This document shows, in pieces, positions 8,184 to 16,381 of a DNA stretch of 32,000 nucleotides. The stretch lies in the NCBI GenBank assembly GCA_963675915.1, contig OY780959.1:930001-962000 (forward strand), given 5' to 3'. The notes beneath the pieces were generated by a model. The model was not told the DNA's origin. It searched no databases and was given only the letters and a program-made list of their open reading frames with translations. A program made the position numbers and the translations under genes. Every line of letters starts with the position of its first letter. The stretch's first letter is position 1. This stretch comes from Coprobacillaceae bacterium. Lineage in GTDB: Bacteria; Bacillota_I; Bacilli_A; Erysipelotrichales; Coprobacillaceae.

Positions 8184-9380
8184 CTACTCCCCCGCTTTCT
8201 TGTTCAAGAATTCGTAGGCAATCCCCACATGGACCATTACCCCTTTGATCAGGACCGATTCATCCAGATCGAATTCCGGGGTATGATGATTGGCTCCGGT
8301 TCCCAGCTCTTCGTTTTCAATTCCGACAAAAGCGAATACGCTTGGCGCAATCTTGCTATAAACCGAGAATGTTTCCGAGCCCATCCAGGCTTCATCTTCA
8401 ACCAGAGTGTTTTCACCGTTGTATTTGACAATGGTGTCCTGAACGAACTTGGTATATTTTGAATCATTGACAACACTTGGGAAAATGTCGGAAAGTCGGT
8501 TGTAGACCACCTCACAACGGCAGGTTTTGGCCATGTTTTCGATGATTTCCAGAATATCTTCCTTGAAGGCGATTCCGATATCGGTATTGAAATAACGGAC
8601 CGATCCCCCGAAAGTCAGTTCACCCGGGATGACATTGCGTTTGCCGCCGGCTTGAAGTTTCCCAACCGAGAAAGTCAGCGATTCGAACGGGCTGATCCGG
8701 TTCATACGCGCTGCATTCATCTCCAGATAGATTTTTGAGAAACAGTCGATTGGATTGATTGAAAGATCGGGACGGGACCCATGGCCCCCTTTACCGACCA
8801 AAGTCACGTCAAAGACAAAGATTCCAGCCATTACCGGTCCAGCATTGGCTGATATTTTGCCACTTTCAAGACAGTGACGCAGATGCATTCCATAACAAAA
8901 ATCGATTTTGATTTGATGTTCCTGGATGTACTTGATGATGTTTTGAACCAGGTTGGCTCCTTCTTCCCCTTGTTCAAAACAAAGGATTACCCGGCCTTCG
9001 AGCTGGTCTTCGATTCCCTTGAGAACCTTGGCAGCTCCCAAAAGCATCGCCGCATGACCATCATGGCCACAAGCATGGGAAACTCCGGGATTTTTGGAAA
9101 CCGAATTTTTGGGACCGGCAAGGTTGTTTTCACACTCGTCAATCGGCAAGGCATCGATATCCCCTCTTAATAAAACGGTTTTCCCTTTGGCCTCTTCCCC
9201 GATATAGCCCAGGATGCCCCCGTTTTCAATTTCCTGATATGGTATCCCCATGGCAGTCAGTTCCTCTTTGATGAACGCCATGGTTTTAAATTCTTCACAT
9301 GAGATTTCCGGATAATCATGGAAATGACGCCGGTACTCAATTACTTTTGCTTCTACTTCTTTTACTTTTTCTCTAATCAT
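8184..9380 (-). CDS. M20D-family amidohydrolase (N-acyl-L-amino acid amidohydrolase-like), copy 1
   Basis: YRRHFHDYPEIS, ACGHDGH and GGHGSRPD motifs are present. I prefer the ATG at 9380 (MIREKVKE...), which follows the RBS AGGGGGA. The track start at 9401 would overlap the MFS gene. Confidence 0.9.
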   Translation of the reverse strand: MIREKVKEVEAKVIEYRRHFHDYPEISCEEFKTMAFIKEELTAMGIPYQEIENGGILGYIGEEAKGKTVLLRGDIDALPIDECENNLAGPKNSVSKNPGVSHACGHDGHAAMLLGAAKVLKGIEDQLEGRVILCFEQGEEGANLVQNIIKYIQEHQIKIDFCYGMHLRHCLESGKISANAGPVMAGIFVFDVTLVGKGGHGSRPDLSINPIDCFSKIYLEMNAARMNRISPFESLTFSVGKLQAGGKRNVIPGELTFGGSVRYFNTDIGIAFKEDILEIIENMAKTCRCEVVYNRLSDIFPSVVNDSKYTKFVQDTIVKYNGENTLVEDEAWMGSETFSVYSKIAPSVFAFVGIENEELGTGANHHTPEFDLDESVLIKGVMVHVGIAYEFLNKKAGE

Positions 9381-9390
9381 ATAATTCCCC

Positions 9391-10557
9391 CTATGCCTCA
9401 ATCTTGTTTTTGAAATTGAGGACTAATCCACCCAGAAGCCCCAAGGCCCCCAGGCATATGACAAATGGCAAGATGGCACTTATGGAAAAAACCATTCCAG
9501 CTACCAGTGACCCGATCACTCCGGCCACGCCTTCCATTGTATTCAACAGGCCCAAATAGACCCCGTGATCGCTTTTTTTCGCCCTTAAAAGCACCAAAGC
9601 GGTAAATATCGGTGGCACGGCTACTCTGATGGCAGCATAAAGCATCATCAACACCAGTGATAAATTGACCTGGTCTTTTAACAGCAATGACAACATCATG
9701 AAACCCAGACAAGCCCCGATTCCACTTACCAGCATCCAGAATTTGCTCAGTTTGGCAGTAAGATATCTGATAATCGTATAATTCAACAGCAAGCCAACCA
9801 ATCCCACCGCCGCCATATAAAATCCAATCAATGAAGGATTGAGATCCAATACGGTCGACAGGAAATAGCTGATCGACGACATATACGTTTTCCAGGCGAA
9901 GAACTCCAGAAAGTACAGCCCAAACAAAACGGCAGCTGATGACATCAAAATCCGGGCATAGCCCTTGAAATCCACCAGCTGATTTGGCTTGATGACTCCG
10001 CTTCGACGCTGTTGGGGTGATGGTTCAAGAACAAATACCGCATATACCATCAACACCATCATCAAAAACACCTGCAGATAAAATGTGTAGACAAAGTCAA
10101 TATCGCCGACAATCCCGGCAAACAGATAGCCAAGATTGGTCAAAAAGGCAAACATCGACATGGCCATCGACAAAGTCCGCATTGAATTGGTCTGGTCGCA
10201 CCAGTCCGCCAGATTGGTGTAAACAGTTGAAAACAGAGCTGCAGTGCCAATTCCGCTAAAAAAGCGACACAGACAGACCAGCCATTCGTTGGCAATAAAC
10301 ATGAACCCGATCTGGCCCAATGCATATATCAGCGGTCCCGCAATCAGGGGAATTTTCCGACCGTAATGATCGGAAATCTTACCCCAAATTGGCGAAAACA
10401 ACAGCGTCGCCAACGACATGAAAGCAAACAGGACCCCGAAGATATAATCAGGCCAGTCCCGCAGGACAATCAGCTTGGGTGTCACAACGTGAGCCATATT
10501 GGAACAAAGTGCCAGAATTGCTACATAACCTAAAGATTTGGACAAACCTTTAACCAT
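9391..10557 (-). CDS. MFS transporter
   Basis: 388 aa with roughly 12 hydrophobic segments. The MFS loop motif GKISDHYGRK lies between TM2 and TM3. The RBS is GAGGGGGA. Confidence 0.85.
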   Translation of the reverse strand: MVKGLSKSLGYVAILALCSNMAHVVTPKLIVLRDWPDYIFGVLFAFMSLATLLFSPIWGKISDHYGRKIPLIAGPLIYALGQIGFMFIANEWLVCLCRFFSGIGTAALFSTVYTNLADWCDQTNSMRTLSMAMSMFAFLTNLGYLFAGIVGDIDFVYTFYLQVFLMMVLMVYAVFVLEPSPQQRRSGVIKPNQLVDFKGYARILMSSAAVLFGLYFLEFFAWKTYMSSISYFLSTVLDLNPSLIGFYMAAVGLVGLLLNYTIIRYLTAKLSKFWMLVSGIGACLGFMMLSLLLKDQVNLSLVLMMLYAAIRVAVPPIFTALVLLRAKKSDHGVYLGLLNTMEGVAGVIGSLVAGMVFSISAILPFVICLGALGLLGGLVLNFKNKIEA

Positions 10558-10579
10558 ATGTTTCCCCCTCTATTGATTC

Positions 10580-10608
10580 AGTATAGCCATCTAAGATGGC
10601 TAAGTCAA
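10580..10608 (-). promoter_or_regulatory. Sigma-A promoter (TTGACT-17-TATACT) whose spacer is a perfect 19-bp palindrome (candidate operator)
   Basis: The minus strand reads TTGACTtagccatcttagatggcTATACT. The palindrome TAGCCATCT-T-AGATGGCTA occupies 10584-10602. Confidence 0.65.
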
Positions 10609-10677
10609 TAATTTATTTTTATAGTGATAATTAATTATCTGGAGCCCTAAATTTTTTGATTCCCAAACCAAAAATAA

Positions 10678-11631
10678 TCAGTCGAAGAATTCAACACAAC
10701 TCTTGATTCCCAGCTCGACCATGTCACTTACCGCCTGCTCGGTGAAAAAAGCCACGTGAGGCAGGATGGTGACATTTGGCATCGAGTTAAGAATCGCCAT
10801 TTCATGATGACCAACTATCTTGCCCCGATAGTCCCGGTAGAATATTTCGCGGTCCCCTTCAACCACGTCCAATCCCGCTCCGGCCAGTTTTCCCGATTCC
10901 AGACTCGCAATCAAAGCCTTGTTGTCAATCAACGGTCCCCTGGAAGTGTTGATCACCACAGCGCCGTCTTTCATTTTCGCAAACGCCGCCTCGTCCATCA
11001 GATGATGATTTTCCTTGGTGGCTGGAATATGAAGCGTGATCACATCACAGTTTTCAAGCAGCATCTCCAGTTCAACGTAATTAAACGGAGCATCAACGCT
11101 CACATAAGGATCGTAAGCCAGAATCTCACAGCCAAAGCCCTGCAAATTTTCAATCACCCGTTTCCCGATTTTTCCGGTCCCGATTACTCCGACTTTGGAT
11201 TTGGAAAGATCCCGACCACGGTTACCCGGTAAAGTGAAATCATTAGCTGCAGTTCGTTGCATGATCTGGCGGGTCTTTCTTAGTGTCATCAACATCAGCA
11301 TTACCGCAGTTTCAGCGACTCCGTCAACCGAGTAAGCGACATTTCCCACTCCGATTCCTTTGGAAGCGGCATAATCAAGATCGACATGATCGAGTCCGAT
11401 TGTTCTTGATGAGATGAATTTGATCCCCAATTCATCATAGGCATCGATCATTTCCTTGCCTACATAGACATCGGATGTCAGCGAAATGCAGTCGCAGCCC
11501 TGCGCCATAGCGACGGTATCCAGACCCGGACCTTTGAAAATCGGTACGATTTCGACCTGATACTGGTCCGCAAAGAATTCAAACAAATCCTTTTCATCAG
11601 CACGGTAGTTATAAACAGCAATTTTAATCAT
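10678..11631 (-). CDS. D-isomer-specific 2-hydroxyacid dehydrogenase (D-LDH / D-HicDH family)
   Basis: NAD-binding motif VGVIGTGKIGKRV, plus RG..ID and PHVAFFT catalytic-region motifs. I prefer the ATG at 11631, which follows the RBS AAGGAG. That ATG overlaps the upstream TAA stop (ATGATTAA). Confidence 0.9.
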   Translation of the reverse strand: MIKIAVYNYRADEKDLFEFFADQYQVEIVPIFKGPGLDTVAMAQGCDCISLTSDVYVGKEMIDAYDELGIKFISSRTIGLDHVDLDYAASKGIGVGNVAYSVDGVAETAVMLMLMTLRKTRQIMQRTAANDFTLPGNRGRDLSKSKVGVIGTGKIGKRVIENLQGFGCEILAYDPYVSVDAPFNYVELEMLLENCDVITLHIPATKENHHLMDEAAFAKMKDGAVVINTSRGPLIDNKALIASLESGKLAGAGLDVVEGDREIFYRDYRGKIVGHHEMAILNSMPNVTILPHVAFFTEQAVSDMVELGIKSCVEFFD

Positions 11632-12784
11632 TTCCAAGCTCCTTTACGAATTCCTCAATCAGATCAAGTCCTTTGACGATGTTTTCCATCGAGGTCGCAT
11701 AAGCGAGTCGGATATGTCGAGTCGCATTGGGACTAAACGTATTGCCCGGAACCACCGCCACATGTTTGGCATCGAGCAGCTGGTTGCAAAACTCGCTGGC
11801 ACTAAGTCCGGTTTGGGAAATATTGATAAAGGCATAGAAAGCCCCCTTGGGTTTGATACAGCTCAGCCCCGCGATTGAATTCACTTTTTCATAGACGTAA
11901 TCACGGCGTTTTTGATATTCCCCAAGCATGTATTCACGGTACTTGGCTCCATTGGATATCGCTTCAATTGCCGCAAACTGGCTGATCGAGCTGACACATG
12001 AATAAACATTTTCAGTAGTTTGGACAATATGATTGATCAGTTTTCGCGGTCCAACGGCAAATCCGACCCTGAATCCGGTCATCGCACAGCTTTTTGAACA
12101 GCTGTCGATAATCAGGGTTCGCGAGAACATTCCCGGCAAAGTGACGATACTGGTGAATTTGATATCATCAAAAAGAATGTGACGGTAAACTTCATCGGAG
12201 ATGACAAACAAATCGTTTTCCACGGCAATCTTAGCGATTTTTTCAAGCGAATCGTCATCAATCACGCTTCCTGTGGGATTGCAGGGTGAGTTGAGCATCA
12301 GCACTTTGGTTTTTGGGGTGATGGCCGCTTCAATCGCTTCAGGAGTGATGACAAACTCATCCTCCTCTTTGACATCGACCTTGACTGGGATCCCATGAAC
12401 CATGGTCACCTCAGCTGCATAATTGGTGAAATACGGAGCGGGCATGATAACCTCGTCGCCGGGATTGACAAGACTTAGCAATCCCAGATACAAAGCCGCC
12501 ATTCCTCCGGCGGTTACTGCTACGTTTCCGGTATCATAATTGCTGTTGATATGGTCATTCAAATAATCGATATAAACTTCGCGCAACGGCAGAATTCCGG
12601 CTCCATCGGTATAACGGGTTCCTTTTTCAATCGATTCGCGAGTGACATCTAAAACACTTGATTGAGGGAGGAAATCCGGTTCCCCGACACTAAATGAAAT
12701 TACATCATCTAACAGAGCCGCGCGGTTGAACATGTCCCTGATCGGTGATGGTTTGATACTTTTTACAACATTTGAATATTCCAT
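11624..12784 (-). CDS. Class I/II PLP-dependent aminotransferase (aspartate/aromatic/methionine-type)
   Basis: 386 aa. PSPIR near the N-terminus, FSVGEPDF, NPCNPTG, and the PLP-lysine motif SCSKSCAMTGFRVGF. The RBS is AAGGAGA. Confidence 0.9.
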   Translation of the reverse strand: MEYSNVVKSIKPSPIRDMFNRAALLDDVISFSVGEPDFLPQSSVLDVTRESIEKGTRYTDGAGILPLREVYIDYLNDHINSNYDTGNVAVTAGGMAALYLGLLSLVNPGDEVIMPAPYFTNYAAEVTMVHGIPVKVDVKEEDEFVITPEAIEAAITPKTKVLMLNSPCNPTGSVIDDDSLEKIAKIAVENDLFVISDEVYRHILFDDIKFTSIVTLPGMFSRTLIIDSCSKSCAMTGFRVGFAVGPRKLINHIVQTTENVYSCVSSISQFAAIEAISNGAKYREYMLGEYQKRRDYVYEKVNSIAGLSCIKPKGAFYAFINISQTGLSASEFCNQLLDAKHVAVVPGNTFSPNATRHIRLAYATSMENIVKGLDLIEEFVKELGND

Positions 12785-12894
12785 TGCAATTTCTCCTTGA
12801 CAATAATTTTTTCTTATCTTACTATATTTTTATCTATAAGTATATTTAAAGAAATTTATATTATATATAAATACAGTTAATTGAAAGGAGCTTT
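12785..12894. promoter_or_regulatory. AT-rich divergent control region between the aminotransferase operon and the LysR gene
   Basis: A minus-strand TATAGT -10 box lies at 12826-12821, with a weak -35 (TTAAAT). An inverted repeat CTTAT-N18-ATAAG (12813-12840) spans the -10 box and the transcription start. I could not pin down the plus-strand promoter for the LysR gene. Confidence 0.4.
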
Positions 12895-13776
12895 ATGGAA
12901 CTACGAAATCTATACACGTTCATCGTCGCCGGCGAGACCCTGAATTTCTCCAAAACCGCGAAAATTCTGGGCTACTCTCAGGCCGCAATCACGATCCAAA
13001 TCCAGAAACTTGAAGAAGAACTAGGCATCACCCTATTTGACCGGATTGGGAAGAATATCTACCTGACCGAGACCGGGAAAATCATTCTCAAAAAAGCTCA
13101 GGAGTTGAAAATCCAGATTGAAAACCTCTCTGAAAGTGTTGAAAAGATGGAACTCACTTCAGGTACTTTGCGAATCGGTCTGTCCGAATCAGTTCAATCG
13201 GAATACTTCCTGCCGGTACTTAAAGCCTTCCGCCAAAAGTATCCCAATATCAAACTGATTGTCAAAACCGGGATCCGCGATTATCTGTTTGAGTGGATGA
13301 TCCATAACGAGCTCGATTTCGCCTTTATCATCGATCAGAACGTAATCGCCAACGAGTGGGATGGCAAGATTGTCAAGACCGTCAAAGTAAATTTCGTCGC
13401 CAATTCCCAGCATCACCTATTTAATAAGGATGAACTGACCCTCGAAGATGTCCTGCAAGAGGATCTGGTCATGACCGAAACCAACCTGGGCTACTGCTAT
13501 GAACTGGCCAAGAAACTGGCCTTGGAAAATCAGGACCTCGAACCGTTTCTCGAACTGGGCGACACTGATTTCATCTGCAATATGCTTAAAACCGGTGACT
13601 ATGTCAGCTACCTGCCGGAGTTCACGGTCAACTCAAGTTTGAACCATGGCAAGCTTAGATCAATCGAGCTGCCCCAATACCAGACCGATGCCTATATTCA
13701 GTTTCTTTGGCATAAAAACAAGTTTTTAACCAAGCCGATGCGTTATCTGATGGACTTGTTGGAACGGCAATTTTAA
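12895..13776 (+). CDS. LysR-family transcriptional regulator
   Basis: 293 aa. The N-terminal HTH (LRNLYTFIVAGETLNFSKTAKILGYSQAAITIQIQKLEEELG) is followed by a substrate-binding domain. It is divergent from a metabolic operon. Confidence 0.92.
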   Translation: MELRNLYTFIVAGETLNFSKTAKILGYSQAAITIQIQKLEEELGITLFDRIGKNIYLTETGKIILKKAQELKIQIENLSESVEKMELTSGTLRIGLSESVQSEYFLPVLKAFRQKYPNIKLIVKTGIRDYLFEWMIHNELDFAFIIDQNVIANEWDGKIVKTVKVNFVANSQHHLFNKDELTLEDVLQEDLVMTETNLGYCYELAKKLALENQDLEPFLELGDTDFICNMLKTGDYVSYLPEFTVNSSLNHGKLRSIELPQYQTDAYIQFLWHKNKFLTKPMRYLMDLLERQF

Positions 13777-13782
13777 TATAGT

Positions 13783-13820
13783 AAAAGAGAGATTCAATTC
13801 AATTAGAATCTCTCTTTTTT
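13783..13820. terminator. Bidirectional intrinsic terminator between convergent genes
   Basis: AAAAGAGAGATTCaattcaattaGAATCTCTCTTTTTT has an 11-bp stem flanked by an A-run and a T-run. Confidence 0.8.
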
Positions 13821-13827
13821 ATTGCTG

Positions 13828-14457
13828 TTATCTGATGAAATTGGTGGATACTTTTGGCAATGGTTCGGGTGGATTGATTCCCGCGGCCTTGGCTGCTTCT
13901 TGGATTCTTAGCTGATAGGCCATGTTACGCGCTAAAGTTTTCATGGTATGAATCCCTTCAAAATCCTGCATCACTTCCTCAGGCGTATTGCCATGGACCA
14001 TATTCCAGTAGGTCGATGAGATGATTGGCATTTGCGAAATCGTAAAGTATTTGTTTAGCTGATCAAAGGCCGCTGTCGCTCCGCCTCTTCGACATGAAAC
14101 GATTGCAGCGCCGGGTTTATGGGTGAACAGCCCCTGTGATTTGGCGGCAAAAAAGAGCCGGTCAAGAAAAGAAGTCACGCTGCCCGAAGCCCCGGCATAG
14201 TGGACCGGACTACCGACGATAACCGCGTCCACCTCACCCAGCAACTCGAGTGCCCGATTGACCCCGTCATCACCATAAATGCATTTTTTAAGATTGTAAC
14301 AAGAACCACAGCCATTGCAACCTCGCACCGGTTTATGTCCGATCTGGAATATTTCCCCTGCGATTCCCAGACTTTCAAGTTCTTCCTTGATGATATTTAA
14401 AGCGGTGTAGGTGCAGCCTTTTTCTTTCATGCTGCCGTTAAAAAGTAACACTTTCAT
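13828..14457 (-). CDS. Iron-sulfur flavoprotein / NADPH-dependent FMN reductase family (Isf-like)
   Basis: 209 aa with a flavodoxin-like N-terminus (MKVLLFNGS). It carries the compact cysteine motif C-NG-C-GS-C-YNLKK-C, typical of Isf 4Fe-4S binding. Confidence 0.8.
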   Translation of the reverse strand: MKVLLFNGSMKEKGCTYTALNIIKEELESLGIAGEIFQIGHKPVRGCNGCGSCYNLKKCIYGDDGVNRALELLGEVDAVIVGSPVHYAGASGSVTSFLDRLFFAAKSQGLFTHKPGAAIVSCRRGGATAAFDQLNKYFTISQMPIISSTYWNMVHGNTPEEVMQDFEGIHTMKTLARNMAYQLRIQEAAKAAGINPPEPLPKVSTNFIR

Positions 14458-14540
14458 ATTCTTACCCTCCTGTTCCCTTTTTCCTTATTATCTAGTGTAC
14501 CCCAAAAAAAGCCTCAAAATCAAGGGTTGATGACAATTGG

Positions 14541-14573
14541 AAAAAGAGCGCCGCCATTGATGACGACACTCTT
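14541..14573 (-). terminator. Intrinsic terminator after the DUF362 gene
   Basis: The minus strand reads AAGAGTGTCGTcatcaatgGCGGCGCTCTTTTTCC. The stem is about 11 bp including G-U pairs and is followed by a T-run. Confidence 0.65.
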
Positions 14574-14579
14574 ACATGG

Positions 14580-15710
14580 TTATTTGATGACGATCAGGTC
14601 ATATTCCCGAGATCCGACTCCGATTTTTTGACAGTGCTCCAGACAGGTTTCATACTCTGAATTAGGCGTTGTATTGACAAAGTGGTCGCCGTGATCATGG
14701 AAATCAGTTTTCTTTAGATTATCTGACAAGATGCTTCCTGGCAACGGCGTTGCCGCCAGACAGGCATCGACACAGGCCTGATCGAGAGCCAACGGATCGA
14801 ATGAGGCAAACATACCGATATTGGGGAGAATCGGAGCATCATTTTCAGCGTGACAGTCGCAATATGGTGAAACATCGACAATCAGGGAAATGTGGAAATG
14901 GGGTCTTCCGTCGATTACCGCTTTGGTATATTCGGCCATCCGCAGGTTCATCTCCTTTGGTGCCGCCCAGTTGGAAAACTCGATGGCATCGTAATTGCAG
15001 GCTCCGATACAACGGCCGCAGCCAACACATTTTTCGACATTGACTGTCATTTTTCGGGTGATTTCATTGAATTCCAAAGCATCATTGGCACACTCGCGCA
15101 AACAGCGTTTGCATCCGACACATTTTTCATGCAGAATGAACGGTTTGCCGTTGATATGCATGTCTTTTTTACCAGCCCGAGAACCGCAGCCCATTCCGAT
15201 ATTTTTGATTGCCCCGCCAAACCCGGCCATTTCATGACCTTTGAAATGAGTCAGCGAGATGAAGATATCGGCATCCATGACCGCTCGTCCGATTTTGGCT
15301 TCCTTGATATATTCGCCCCCGACTACCGGGACATCGATATCATCGGTTCCCTTGAGCCCATCACCGATAATCACCGGACAGCCAACTGTCAACGGGGTGA
15401 AGCCGTTTTCCCAAGCACATTCAAGATGTTCCAGGGCGTTTTTCCGTTTGCCCGGGTACAAAGTATTGCAGTCAGTCAAAAACGGTTTGCCGCCAGCTTC
15501 CTTGACCAGATCAGCCACCGCTTTGGCATAGTTAGGACGGAGGAAACCCAGATTCCCCAGCTCACCAAAATGCAGCTTGATGGCCACAAATTTGTTGTTC
15601 ATCTCGACGTCGCGGATTCCCGCTTTGTCCATCAACCGCTTCAGTTTGGAAGGAAGCCCTTCGCCCAGTTTGGTCCTGAAATCAGTGAAATAAACTTTAG
15701 ACTTTTCCAT
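14580..15710 (-). CDS. DUF362-domain protein with a 2x[4Fe-4S] ferredoxin insert
   Basis: Two CxxCxxCxxxC motifs are present (CVGCKRCLREC and CVGCGRCIGAC). The N-terminus (KVYFTDFR...KLHFGE) is typical of DUF362. I prefer the ATG at 15710, which lies 7 nt after the RBS AAGGAG. The ATG at 15716 is too close to that RBS. Confidence 0.8.
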   Translation of the reverse strand: MEKSKVYFTDFRTKLGEGLPSKLKRLMDKAGIRDVEMNNKFVAIKLHFGELGNLGFLRPNYAKAVADLVKEAGGKPFLTDCNTLYPGKRKNALEHLECAWENGFTPLTVGCPVIIGDGLKGTDDIDVPVVGGEYIKEAKIGRAVMDADIFISLTHFKGHEMAGFGGAIKNIGMGCGSRAGKKDMHINGKPFILHEKCVGCKRCLRECANDALEFNEITRKMTVNVEKCVGCGRCIGACNYDAIEFSNWAAPKEMNLRMAEYTKAVIDGRPHFHISLIVDVSPYCDCHAENDAPILPNIGMFASFDPLALDQACVDACLAATPLPGSILSDNLKKTDFHDHGDHFVNTTPNSEYETCLEHCQKIGVGSREYDLIVIK

Positions 15711-15751
15711 ATCCATTCTCCTTCTTTATTTGTTGAAAATCATCTGAGTAA

Positions 15752-15760
15752 ATTATACCA
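15752..15760 (-). promoter_or_regulatory. Extended -10 promoter element (TGgTATAAT) upstream of the DUF362 gene
   Basis: The minus strand reads aaTGGTATAATttactc, about 40 nt upstream of the ATG. No good -35 box is present, which is consistent with an extended -10 promoter. Confidence 0.5.
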
Positions 15761-15838
15761 TTAATAGCGCTTTCAAAATATAACCGATTCCAATTTGCTG
15801 ATAATTTCAAACCAGTCCCCATCAGTTTATTCGCAAAA

Positions 15839-15878
15839 TAAAAAAGATGTCTATCAAGTCTGAAGGGACATCTTTTTT
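15839..15878. terminator. Intrinsic terminator after ribH (symmetrical, A-run and T-run on both sides)
   Basis: AAAAAGATGTCtatcaagtctgaaggGACATCTTTTTT has an 8-bp stem and starts 17 nt past the ribH stop. Confidence 0.75.
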
Positions 15879-15894
15879 GCTTGGTTGCAATTTT

Positions 15895-16362
15895 CTATTT
15901 TTCGATATTTTTGAGCAGGTTGACCATTTCAATGGCACCCATGGCACAGTCGAAACCTTTGTTTCCGGCTTTGGTTCCGGCTCTTTCAATGGCCTGTTCG
16001 ATGGTTTCGGTAGTCAGGACTCCAAACATCACCGGCACGCCACTATCAAGAGAGACCGAAGCGATTCCCTTGGATACTTCCGAGCAGACATAATCATAGT
16101 GTGTGGTGCTGCCTCTGATTACGGCCCCCAAAGCAATGATTGCATCATATTTCCCGGTTTTAGCCATTTTGTCGGCAATCAGCGGGATTTCAAAAGCTCC
16201 TGGCACCCAGCAAACTTCGATATCATTTTCGTTGACATCATGACGGGTCAAAGCATCCATGGCTCCCCCTAACAGTTTTGACGTGATGAATTCGTTGAAA
16301 CGAGCTGCGATGATTCCGATTTTGATTTCTTTGGCAATCAGATTTCCTTCATATGTTTTCAT
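15895..16362 (-). CDS. ribH: 6,7-dimethyl-8-ribityllumazine synthase
   Basis: [27 protein letters not shown]... matches the RibH N-terminus. At 155 aa it is typical RibH length. I prefer the ATG at 16362, which follows a GGAG with a 9-nt spacer. The track start at 16440 would overlap ribBA. Confidence 0.93.
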   Translation of the reverse strand: MKTYEGNLIAKEIKIGIIAARFNEFITSKLLGGAMDALTRHDVNENDIEVCWVPGAFEIPLIADKMAKTGKYDAIIALGAVIRGSTTHYDYVCSEVSKGIASVSLDSGVPVMFGVLTTETIEQAIERAGTKAGNKGFDCAMGAIEMVNLLKNIEK

Positions 16363-16381
16363 TGTATTTTTCTCCATTTTT

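Noticed and set aside
14892-15764. 290-aa plus-strand ORF
   Set aside because: It is antisense to the DUF362/ferredoxin gene, whose CxxCxxCxxxC motifs identify the real frame. It has no RBS and no motif.
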